NCBI GenBank assembly: GCA_008632985.1
Contig: QPGO01000033.1
Coordinates: 618,175-638,174, forward strand
Direction: 5' to 3'
Length of the DNA stretch: 20,000 nucleotides
DNA from: Psammoneis japonica
Lineage: Eukaryota
Positions 10,350 to 20,000 of the stretch are shown here, in pieces. The notes under the pieces were generated by a model. That model saw only the letters and a program-made list of their open reading frames with translations, was not told where the DNA came from and did no database searches. The translations under genes were made by a program, and so were the position numbers. Numbering within the stretch: position 1 is the stretch's first letter; each line of letters begins with the position of its first letter.

Positions 10350-10908
10350 TTTGGCACATGACATCTTGTCTGTCAACATGACAATGTTTTTTGTGTGTTG
10401 GTTTCACGACAAGGTGTTGTGTCCAGCAAATGTCCATCAAAGTGCTGTGGCGGTGTTTCAAGCTCAAGACAAAATTGGTTGGAGACAGATTTTCAATGGG
10501 CGCTTCTCATCTTTGTGGAACAAAGCTCAGCCATCATGCTTGCTGTCAACTGGATTGTGCCGCTCCTTGTTGAACATGGAAAAGCACCCAGATTGGGCCA
10601 CTGCGATTGGCCGTTTTGTGTGGCCCCAATGGCGGGAACACTCCATGATGACACTGCACATGGGCACAATTTGGGCACAAGAAAGTCCTCACAGCACCGT
10701 GACGCCAAGGCAGAAGCATGAGCCATCCATTCCAAGGCAGACAATTGTTCAGCTTGCAATCGATCCAAGTTGCTCAGTTCAGTGGAGGAGCACCTCACTT
10801 GTTTGACCCACAGACTGTGCAGCTGGTTGGCCATGGCTCGACCAATGTTCAAGTCAAGCATCCGCGAAGCCTGGCGTCTGGCAGTGAGGGGCACTGGCGC
10901 CATTGCAA
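10350..10908 (+). mobile_element. 5'-truncated, decayed non-LTR retrotransposon (C-terminal region); continues at 16403-16471
   Basis: AQDKIGWRQIFNGRFSSLW...W...IGRFVWPQW / DTAHG...SVEEHL...SWL...PMFKSSIREAWRLAVRGTGAIA resembles the Q-x2-IGW-x2-F-x-GR-x-S-x2-W C-terminal region of diatom LINE-like proteins (from recall). The frame resumes in phase after the Copia. Confidence 0.6.
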
Positions 10909-11084
10909 TGAGCAATTCACGCCGCAGTCTCTGGGAATTTGACAAGATGCGACAGAAAATGTTGGCGCGGCAATCAACAGGTTCCAGAAAATTGCAAGGT
11001 TGTTCTGTGCCACCCTCTGTGTCAGCGACAGTGATGGTCTTCGCCAAATGCCATGTTCAGCGACAGTGTGGCTGCACTCACTCA
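10909..11084 (-). repeat. Copia 3' LTR
   Basis: TGAG...CTCA inverted termini; aligns without gaps to 16227-16402. Confidence 0.92.
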
Positions 11085-11094
11085 GTCCCCTCGA
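11085..11094 (-). promoter_or_regulatory. Polypurine tract of the Copia
   Basis: Minus strand TCGAGGGGAC directly before the LTR start TGAG. Confidence 0.65.
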
Positions 11095-11303
11095 ATGGAC
11101 ACCAGCTTTGGCAGGATCAATTCGACCCTGTGCATCCACGTTGCCGGCCCTTTCCAGGCCAGTTCAAAAAAAACATGTCTCGGGATGGGCAAAACCATCT
11201 CCATTTTGGAAATGGAAAATCCCGGTTCGTCTGCAAGACGAAGCAATCAGTGGCGCCACAGCTGCATTGGGCTCGGGTGTTTTGCCCGCCACTGGAATCA
11301 CAA

Positions 11304-11621
11304 TCACCACAAAATGTGATGAGTTGACTCCCGGAGCCTCGGTCCGGGCATCAACTTGGTGAGAACGTCAGCGAGATTCTTCTCGCCATCCTCCCAAGCA
11401 ATGCGCACAATGCCAGCAGCCTGCGCCTCATGCATCCGGTGACAAGCAATGGCACTGTGCTTCTTTTTGAGTGTCGACTCGGGCCGCATTGAGTTCTCAA
11501 ACACGGCCTCATTGTCACAGAAGACGTTGATGGAGCCATCGATGGGAGCACCCATCATGCGAAGCTTGTGTCGAAAGGCCTCGATCTGCTCCACGGCAAT
11601 TTTCATCGCAACAAATTCCAC
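11304..11621 (-). pseudogene. Copia RNase H, C-terminal part
   Basis: EFVAMKIAVEQIEAFRHKLRMMGAPIDG..VFCDNEAV..N...PESTLKKKHSAIACHR..EA.AAG.......GEKNLADVLTK. Confidence 0.93.
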
Positions 11622-12981
11622 ATTCCTGAAAACGTGATTGATTGAAGGTCAGTTCCGTGTCATCGAACACCATCGCTGACCTGGCATGTGCCTTCAAACA
11701 GGCAAAGATGTGAAACACCTCATCCAGGTGCCCAACCCTTGGCACTGCCAAGCAAGAAGACAGAAGAGAGACTGGCGCTGCAATGTCAGTGCGCCCCAGT
11801 TCCACCACCCAACACAAAACGCCAATGAGTCCCTGGAAACAAGTCGCCCTTCGGGCATCCAGCTCAGGTGCAGCGTCAAGTTCAGGGTGATGCCCCAAAC
11901 TCAATGGCGTTGCGACTCTCTTCTTGAGTCCCCGGCCTGCACGGCCGAGTTCAAACTCAATGTTGGCAGCGGCCCACTGGACACACAAGTCAGGTGCAAG
12001 GGCCCAACGTGTTTTGCCGTCCGAGTCAGATGGTTGGAACTTCTTCACTTCGGCACCCAGGTGCTCTTCCGGTTCCTTGACGCTTCCCTCTTTTGGCACA
12101 TGTCTCAAAGCCATGTAATCCATGAACTTCTGGGGTTCATGCGAGACAACCAGCAGGTCATCTGCATGTGCAAGCATGCATTCCCAGCACTTGAAGCCAT
12201 CCAGCTTGGCATTCTTGTGCATCCACACATCGGGATCACCCTTGCCACAGGTGAATCCCACGAGCCTTGGCGTTGCTGCCACATGTTCCCTAAAAGCAGC
12301 GCCGGAACTCTTCAGTCCGCACAGGGCCCTGACAATTTCAACGGGTCGACCGACACTCTGCTTGCCAAAGTCCAGGCCAGCAATTGTGCAACAGCACTCC
12401 TTCATTGGTGCATTCAGACGAGCATTCTGAATGTTGGCACACATGACTTCCAAGTCATTCAGAGCTGCTGTCGTGTGGCCTCCAGCCACGTGTTGCACTT
12501 TCCTGTTCAAGTCCAACTTGATGTCAAACACCAAGTGGCACTTAATTTCCTTGTGTCCCATCTGGTCATCATCGACAAATTCGAAGGCTGGCATTGCATT
12601 GCGCATCTCCTTCTCAATTGCATTTCCCCGCAGGTCAAGCCCAGACTGTTCGTCCAGCATCAAGGCCTGCTCCACGGATTTTGGCAATTCGACACCGAAT
12701 TTGTGAGTGCGCTTCCAGCACCTGGTCTTGACTTTCATGACCATCCTGGCATGACGACGCAACATGTCTCGAACCCACCAGTTGAACGCTGGCTCACCAG
12801 CCATCTCATTTGCAACAGCATGCTCCGTGACTTGGACAGGGAATGATTCTTTTGCCTCCGACAAAGGGAGCCAACTAGAGCTTCCATCTTTCCACTCAAA
12901 CTGTGTGTCCCAGTCAATTGTCGTTCGGCGGGGCCTGCGCGTGCCACTCTTTGTGACAAAGAAACCATCATCTTTGTGCAC
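11622..12981 (-). pseudogene. Copia reverse transcriptase (RVT_2 type) and upstream linker
   Basis: WKDGSSSWLPL..KES.PVQV.EHAVAN..EPAFNWWV, KFGVELPKSVEQAL, CHLVFDIKLD, VAGGH, RALCGLKSSGAAFR, DPDVW, HADDLL (normally YVDD), GRTDI. Confidence 0.95.
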
Positions 12982-13790
12982 TGCGCATGCGTCACTTTGG
13001 TGACCTGCAATCTCTTTGACAATTTGGCAAGATCGTCCCTCCCCACAAACCTGGGAGCAGATGTTCTCAGCAAATTAAATTGGCTGTGAACGTGTCGGCA
13101 GATCTGTCTGGGAACTCTACCTCGCAAAGCCGTGAATCCAGGACAGGCTTTTTGTGCCGCTTCCCTGTCTGATTTCCATCCGCACCGCGCTGCATTGGCA
13201 TCTTCCTTGCCAAATGGGTCTTCGGGTGGTTCTGGGAACTTGTCATTCCCTTCCTGACCATCCCCTGGCCTGAGTTTCAGACTGGCATCGAGATGCTCAA
13301 TCTTTTGCCAAATCGCATTGGTCTTCAAGTCATCCTCAGGCAGAGCCCACACATCCTTCCAAATGATGGGTGTGCCTGATTCAGGTGGGATCACAAATGC
13401 CATGTCATCTGCACAGTTTTCTGTGACACCTGACCAGCGCCCGATGCACTTCCTTTCAAAGGGAAATTTTGCCTGAGGCATCATAAAGTGCACCGGCTGG
13501 CACCAGTCAAAGAGGGCATGAGCTGAGACGTCTGGTGTTGAACCCGTGATGTCCTCTTTGGGGACTTTCCCATCCATTTCCGGATGCTCAGAGGCCGCGA
13601 GCCTCCTGACAGCCATGGCCCACTTGGCACAGCAGGACCAGCAGCGTTTTGGCGCATTCGTGCGCCTTGTTGCAATCCGCACTTTCTTCTTCAGCTCACG
13701 AATGGAGGCTTCGGCCAAGTTCTGCCGCAGACTGCAAGGAACAGCAACCCCTTGTTTGATCCGGCACCCCAATGATTCGTAATGGGATCC
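12982..13790 (-). pseudogene. Copia integrase C-terminal remnant
   Basis: PCSLRQNLAEASIRELKK (cf. EPYSPWQNxAExxIRELK), TGSTPDVSAHALFDWCQPVHF, IGRWSGV; frameshifted. Confidence 0.85.
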
Positions 13791-13849
13791 GGACCTTGGA
13801 GTCTGGGAAGGCAATTGAATGAGTGCTGGAGCTGCCAAACTGCTTTGGC

Positions 13850-14140
13850 ACATCATGCACCGTCAAGCCGTTAGCATGGAGCTGATTGGGACATGTCAGT
13901 GAGTGTTCATCCTGTCCCCAATGTGCATGGCCTCACTCAAGATGAGGAGGTGTGGCTGACCAGAACTCGGGTCAACCCAGACAGCAGCAACCATCTGCAT
14001 CGGGATGTTGTTGATCGGGTCGCATTCACTGGAATGTGGATGTGCAGTGACAGCACGAGAGGGGTCAGAGAAGGGAACACAGCTGGATCCTGCAATGCAT
14101 GTGTCGGCATGCATGTCCAGCTTGTTGAAAAGGGAGTTGT
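13850..14140 (-). pseudogene. Copia aspartic protease region
   Basis: LDMHADTCIAGSSC (cf. the CoDi-type ELDSHADTCxxG), followed by DPSSGQPHLLILSEAMHIGDRM. Confidence 0.85.
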
Positions 14141-14300
14141 GGCCTGCATCAGTGTCGACTGAAGCTGTGCATCTCAAGGATTTAGCGAAAGGCACAGACA
14201 CATTTCCATTGGTGCAGACAGAAGCAGCATCACAAGAATTGATTTTAGACTCCATTTTAACTTCTACAAGGTTGTTGTCCTTGCTCATTGGCGCAACCTT

Positions 14301-15590
14301 TCATTCCTTTTTCTTGGCTTCCGCAATGCTTGCAGCCGCAGGCTTGTGCGCTCTGCGCCCAAACTGATTCCCAGCATCGGCACCCCCTTTTTCCTTTGAG
14401 GTTTTCTCCTTTTCAACGTCCTTGGGATCAGCAACCGTCACCTTGGAATGTTTCCTCAGAGGTTCTTCGGTTGCCTTTGTTTTCAGAGCAGCAGCTCGGC
14501 GCTTCTTCTCATGCCTCTTCTTCTCCCGAAGCTCATTGACTTTGGCCTTCTCCTCTTGGTTGAGGTCATCCCATTCTTCCTTGGGACAATGGCCTGCCCT
14601 GATCCGGGGCTTGTCTTTCACCTTGCCTTTTCCCTGGCCTTGGTTCCTGTTCCTGGCGTTGTCCCGTTCCAATGCCGCAATCTGGCGGTGATCCGTTGCC
14701 CGATTCTTTGAGTTCTCAACCAGTGTCTTCATGTGCTGTTGACACAACTCAAAGCTGGAGAGTTTTGCCTTGTCGCTGTCTGCGACGCTCTTTCTGGTCT
14801 CCAACCTTGGGTCCGTGATTCCCTTCAGGAAATCTGAGACCTTCTTGGTCTCTGCCACCAGCTCATGCTGGTTGAATGCATGACGACCGCGCCCAGCGCA
14901 TTTTGCGGCAGTGATCTGAGCATGCATGCGGCTCTTGAGTGGTTTGATCAAGGCCCACCCTGGCCCATCAATGATCAGCTTTTTCAAGAGATCACAAACC
15001 TGCTTGCTGTCAGTGTCATGCAAATTCCCTTGATGGATCGTGGCAGCGTCAAGGTCCTTGTCGACGTTCGAATGAGTGGCATTGCGCACCTCATTGTTGA
15101 CTTCCGAAGTCTCGCGAACAATGCACAAAAGTGGAACGCCCGCAACTGCATTACGGCGGTGCTGGAGCTTGGTCCCAAACAGCTCATCCCAATTGTAAAA
15201 ATCGTGCATCTGACTCAGAGGTGCAGTGCTTGGGGAGTTGTCGTCTGATTTGTCCTTCTGGATGTTCGACAATTCACTCAGACACTCTGTTCAGCAAGTG
15301 ATTGCAGCGTCGTTGAAAGCTTGGGCCTGCCTTGGCTGTCCACGTGTCGTTTGACAATCCAGAAAAGCTCAAAATGCCTTGAACTTCCTGATCAAAAGGT
15401 GTGGGAACTGCACAGCTGGGTTGTCAACAGTGTCCTTGATGAATCCCTTGACCATGTCTCCGACCTCAGACAGTGGGATTTGGTGGCAGGAATCAGCATC
15501 GGTGATCCCTTGCACCACAACATGGGCCCTGGTGGCATCGTCAAACCCAGTCCGGGTGAGGGCTGCATCAAAAGCGACAGCGGCAGCCAT
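14301..15590 (-). pseudogene. Copia gag, frameshifted
   Basis: MAAAVAFDAALTRTGF...QGI...FPHLLIRKFKAF, GVPLLCIVR, DSKQVCDLLKKLIIDGPGW, ETKKVSDFLKGITDPRL, CPKEEWDDLNQEEK. Lies between the 5' LTR and the protease. Confidence 0.8.
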
Positions 15591-15658
15591 TGTGCAGTCA
15601 AAACAACCCCGTCAGAGGCACGACATGCGTGTGTGCGTGTTTCGTTTCGATTTTCTCA

Positions 15659-16155
15659 CGCCAACGGCAAAAGTTGGCTCTGCCAATGACATTGAAACCG
15701 GCAAATTAATGGAGTGTCAATTTCCTCAACAACTCCACACTCAACATGTCCCAGTGCACATCAGCATTGCGCACACATTGAATTGTTTCCAATGATTAAT
15801 TTCCGTTGTGCACTGCTCAGGTCCAACGAGTGAACTGTGTTCACATTCACAACTGTGTCACATTTGCAGCGAACAATTTCGATTGAAGTGAGGTCATGGT
15901 GTGTCTTTCCATTGTGCATTTGGCGCGCGATCGCCAATGGCAAAAGTTGGCTCAACCAATGACATTGAGACCGGCAAATCAACGGAGTGTCAATTTCCTC
16001 AACAATTCCATGCTCAACACATCCCAGTGCACATCTGCATTGCGCGCACATTAAATCATTTCCAACGATTGATTTCCGTTGCACATTGCTCAGGTCCAAC
16101 AAGCGAGTTGTGCTCACATTCACAACTGTGTCACATTTGCAGTGAACAATTTCGA
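15659..16155. repeat. Tandem duplication (224 bp x2, period 273) in the Copia 5' leader
   Basis: 15659-15882 matches 15932-16155 (cgccaa(c/t)ggcaaaagttggctc...gaacaatttcga). Confidence 0.92.
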
Positions 16156-16212
16156 AAGAATGGCCGCCATGCCATTGCCCATTCCAGGCTGCAGAACAAA
16201 GAGAGACGTCAT

Positions 16213-16223
16213 TGGCTCTGACA
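16213..16223 (-). promoter_or_regulatory. Putative tRNA-iMet-like primer-binding site
   Basis: Minus strand TGTCAGAGCCA, 3 nt after the 5' LTR, matches the canonical (TGG)TATCAGAGCCA except TA>TG. The TGG itself is not conserved. Confidence 0.55.
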
Positions 16224-16226
16224 AAG

Positions 16227-16402
16227 TGAGCAATTCACGCCACAGTCTCCAGGAATTTGACAAGATGTGATGGAAAATGTTGGCACAGCAATCAACAGGT
16301 TCTAGAAAATTGTGAGGTCATTCCATGCCACCCTCTGTGTCAGCAACAGTGATGGTCTTTGCCAAACACCACACTCAGCAACAGCATGACTGCACTCACT
16401 GA
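16227..16402 (-). repeat. Copia 5' LTR
   Basis: Aligns without gaps to 10909-11084; the terminal ctca is ctga here. Confidence 0.92.
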
Positions 16403-16471
16403 GCAAAATGTTTTGGCACAACATCGTCTCAGGGTGATGCCAACCAAGGACGTGCAAAACCAACAAGTTGA
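16403..16471 (+). mobile_element. Remainder of the interrupted non-LTR element ORF
   Basis: Removing 10909-16402 and one copy of GCAA gives att gca aaa tgt ttt ggc... = IAKCFGTTSSQGDANQGRAKPTS*, with the stop at 16469-16471. Confidence 0.55.
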
Positions 16472-16727
16472 CTGCAATGTAAAAAGTTGACTCCATCATG
16501 ATGCTCCATTTAAGAGGGCGGTCCAGAGACAGCCCGCTGCACTTTTTGCACAGAAACTGCACGAGAGCCAAGCACGTGCATTCCTGCACAGACGCAGCAC
16601 AAAAACAGAAAGCATGGCATGCCCATCAGCAACTCACGACAACACCACGTGATGACCATGCATCAAAATGGAGTCGTCCACATCTCTTTCTGCAGCTCCT
16701 CTTTCACTTGCTCGATTGCTCCAAAAG

Positions 16728-19700
16728 GGCCAGGGAAAGCTCGTGTGCTTCTGTCATGATGGATCAATGTAAACCAAAGTTGTTCTTTTTGTTCTGCAAC
16801 ATCAGAGTGCAGTGCAACAGATTGTCAAGGCGCACCCGCACGTTGGCTGTGCTGTCAGCCAAATCAACACCATTTGCCGTTCACTCACTCGACAAATTAC
16901 AAAGCTGATGATTCTTGTTGGCTGAAACTCTTGAGCTGCTTTTGAGACTTGACACAATGACCCACTTGTCCCGCCCTTCACCCTCCACATTTCATCAGAG
17001 GCTGCAACACAGTGTTGTTCACTTTCCTTTGTAAATTTTGGAACATTGAATTGCACAAAAGTGTGTCATCATTGTCCAACTTCAACAAAAATTTTAAGAG
17101 TCAAGTTGAATTTCTCATTTCCTTTTTGTGTGTGCAATTGTTGCCTTTTTGTTTTGACCCAAATTTGCCAAAGACTTTCAATGCACATTTTGTCATCAAA
17201 AAATGAGTTTTGTTTTGATGAATTTGTTGCACATTCATGGAAACGTCAACTTTGACAGTGCTTTTCAATGGCTCCACCGCAGTCTTGCGTGGCCCTGACA
17301 AAGAGAGAAGGGGCAGGAGGACTTGCCGTGCCTGCCAATGTCAAGACTGCAAAGGACGTGGAGGCAAACATTTGTGTGAGCACCAGATGCATCCACAGTT
17401 GGGAAATCAACACTGCACTGCTGTCGTGCCATTCAGCTAGACCAGCAATCACCAGCAAGAGCGACCACAAACTTGCCTTCTGTTGGCACAAAAAGCAAAC
17501 ATGCCCTCATGACAAGTGCACCCATTTCCATCTCTTGCTGCTGTTTTGACTTTCGACCGGCATCCCAAGAGTGACACCGCGGCCTGACGGCATCACGCAG
17601 CCCCTCGGCATTTCCACAGCCCCCCCCCCCCCCTTTCCCAAGGTCCATTGACGGCATTGTTGCATTGCAGCCCCTGCTTGCAGCTGCAATTTGTTGTGTG
17701 CTCTTCAGCAAAGTCGATTTTGTGTTCCCAACATCTGTCGATGGCGTCACCATGGCCCAGCTCCTTGCCAACCGTGTGAGAATCAAGCAATGCCAACAGC
17801 AGCAAAAACACAGAAGGAGCTTTCACCCATTTTTGGACTTTCTCACCTCTGTTTTCTTGGACACACAATGTCAGAGTAAAATGTGGAATTGACCTGCATT
17901 GGCGTTGTTTGCAAGAGAAGGTTTGACGGCAATGATCAAGCATCGGCTGCTTCTGCGCCATCATGGTGGTTTTTTGTGATGATTTTCTGCGCTGCGTTGT
18001 CTCACTTGAATGTGGAAAACTGTTTTGCATTCATTGTTGCTTTGTTTCTACAAAGTTTGTGTCTTTTTCATGTTTGTTGGAGGCACGCTAAAGAATCAGA
18101 TTTTTTGCATCAAAACGAAGCATGACAACACACACTTGGACTTGCAGCGCTGAACTCTTTCTCCCTTCTTTTCCCTTTTCCTCTCTTCTCCTCTCTCTCT
18201 CCTCCCCTCCTCTTTTGTGTTCTGTCAACGACACCAAAAAATTACCTTGTTTTCACCTGCACCCACCAGTTTTCCAGTCAGCAGCTCCCTGCCTGCATTT
18301 TGGCACATTTTCTGCATGTGCAATGCTCTGCCCATTTCACAGCAGCGCACCCTCTCCCCAAAATGCATTTGACAAGAGGGTGTGCTGTTGTGTTGTTTGT
18401 CAGCAGCAGATCCTGAACCAATTTCATGGTGCTCACCCTTTCGTCGCATGTTGCGAGACATCAGTTTGGAGCGAACTTTCCAATCGACAGATTCGCACGC
18501 TGGGTCAGACCATCTGCACTTCTCCTGCACATGTTGGATCAGAGCTGGGCTGGAAGCTTTGCAACGGAGAACTGACTTAAATTTCAAGTTCACCGAAGCC
18601 GAAAAATGTCCGGAGAGACAGAAAAGGAACAGCAGAACCGCGTGCTTCTCCACCGTGACATCCAGGCAATGGCAGAATTTGTTCACACGATCATTGCCGG
18701 AGACAACCCAAATGATCCCGCATCTGGTCAGCCTTGTTTCTGATTTTTGCGTTGCAAAAGTCTCCAAAGTTTGATCAACGATCAAGCCCAAGACCTCCAC
18801 AGTGCCCATTTTGTCGCTGACATCGTCATGCGTCACGTTCAGTGCAAACCCAAGGACATGGACTGTCGGTTCCTGAAGATTTTCTGTCATGTCAATGCCC
18901 AAAAGGAATGGCGCCTCTTTGTCAACAGCTTTCCGGATGCGTGCAATGCTGACGATCCTGGTTCCCAGGTGGATGAGATCAAGGGGTTCCTTGGTGACCC
19001 AACCGGCAACATCAAGAACACAGTGATGATGCAAGGCGATTCCCTTGCACGCCGGGAGGCTCATGAAGAAAAAATCAATTCCATGTTGAATCATGAATTT
19101 GAGAACCGTTGTCCCAAGGAGCAAAATGGCATCTGGCCTGGGCACAGCAAGCAGCTCACAATGCTTTGTTGCAGAATGCGCGATCAGAGGGCCGACTGCT
19201 TGGAAGATGATGACAAACAACATTGCAAATCTAAAACCAAACGCAAAATTGAGAGGATCCGCAAAGATGGCACCTGTTTGTGCGATGTCAAGCAACCTGC
19301 CCACCTCCCACCTTTTGCCTTTCTGCCTGCATCTGTCATCTCAATGTCCCTTCTCACACTCCACGGTTGCACACGCCTCACAAGAGCCTTCCTTGACCGT
19401 CCCTGACAAGAAGGCCAAGCCTGCATCTCGCTCGGAACCAGCACCTCCTTCATTGTCTGGTGATGTGCCATTGTCTGGGGAGGAAGCGTTCCAGGCGCAG
19501 GTGGGAATCCGTGTGACATTGGGCCCGCAGAATTCTGCGTGCGAGCTCCGCAGTAAAATCACACGGCAACTAAAATGTGAAGTGCATCGTTTTTTACTCA
19601 GCCAGCTACACTCTTCAACCATTGAAGAGCGCAACTGGCGCATTGTTGTTTCCACAAATTCGTCACACAAAACATCTGGGGCTTCGCAAAACAGTGCTTC

Positions 19701-20000
19701 TGGACAATTTTTTAAAATGTCACACGTGGAAATGCACGTGCGAAACATGCGACGGATGACAAAAATCATTTGTGTCACACGTCAGTGCTGCGAGCTCCCA
19801 CCTGGGGCTGAAACGCGTCGGAGGCGCGCCGGACTCTCACCGCTGACCTTCCGTCACTCTCAGAAATGATGGAAAACCAAAAACCTGCTCCCACCTCCAA
19901 AGGCCCTTTGTCCAAACTGCGCTCCTCTCCTCCGTCTGTTTCGGCAAATCTTCCTGCAGTTGCGTCTCCTCCCAGCAACCCTGATGACATGTCGTGCTGG
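16728..20000. repeat. Copy 2 of the large direct repeat (runs off the window)
   Basis: Near-identical to 1-3273. Confidence 0.97.

Larger units (their letters stand above)
10909..16402 (-). mobile_element. Decayed Ty1/Copia LTR retrotransposon, diatom CoDi-like, with internal deletions
   Basis: Two 176-bp LTRs, PBS- and PPT-like sites, domain order gag-PR-IN-RT-RNase H on the minus strand. GCAA is duplicated at 10905-10908 and 16403-16406. Confidence 0.95.

Noticed and set aside
9604..10381. Repetitive ORFs (KCENAEMR..., FRISAFPH..., AQNxKG...)
   Set aside because: Translations of the 8-bp and ~20-bp satellites, open in several frames on both strands.
11686..12846. 386-aa plus-strand ORF
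   Set aside because: Antisense shadow of the Copia RT, favoured by stop-codon depletion.
11304..12981. Alternative genetic code explaining the absence of Tyr
   Set aside because: Replacement codons are heterogeneous (TGY, CAY, CGY), TA loss also affects GTA codons and non-coding LTRs, and the element has frameshifts and deletions.
1..20000. Very dense six-frame ORF track of Cys/His-rich 'proteins'
   Set aside because: Loss of TpA removes TAA/TAG stops and turns Tyr into Cys/His, so long overlapping ORFs arise by chance. These are not zinc-finger or metal-binding genes.
1..20000. Classical RIP or CpG deamination as the sole cause of the TG/CA excess
   Set aside because: RIP increases TpA, and CpG decay cannot turn TAY codons into TGY/CAY. 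CpG is still present. CpG decay may contribute to CG vs TG/CA differences but does not explain TA loss.

Overview
Repeat-rich eukaryotic DNA, most likely from a diatom or related stramenopile (inferred from CoDi-type Copia motifs). No intact host gene is recognisable. The window holds: (i) a >=3.27 kb direct repeat with a 16,727 bp period (1-3273 / 16728-20000); (ii) a decayed, internally deleted Ty1/Copia element on the minus strand (10909-16402, 176-bp LTRs), inserted into the 3' end of a probable non-LTR retrotransposon fragment; (iii) a three-LTR tandem TRIM-like non-autonomous element with a perfect 5-bp TSD (7024-8554); (iv) two abutting satellites followed by a degenerate TTAGGG-like tract; (v) small duplications and decayed ORFs. 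The dominant signal is near-total loss of the TpA dinucleotide, replaced by TpG or CpA (sometimes CpG). Conserved Tyr codons of the Copia RT/RNase H are systematically Cys, His or Arg (YVDD>HADD, LYGLK>LCGLK, NAYL>NARL). The two LTRs differ by independent TG<->CA swaps. This points to a DNA-level, post-insertion, both-strand A>G hypermutation at TpA, a mirror image of fungal RIP. It also explains the dense, mostly spurious Cys/His-rich ORF track.
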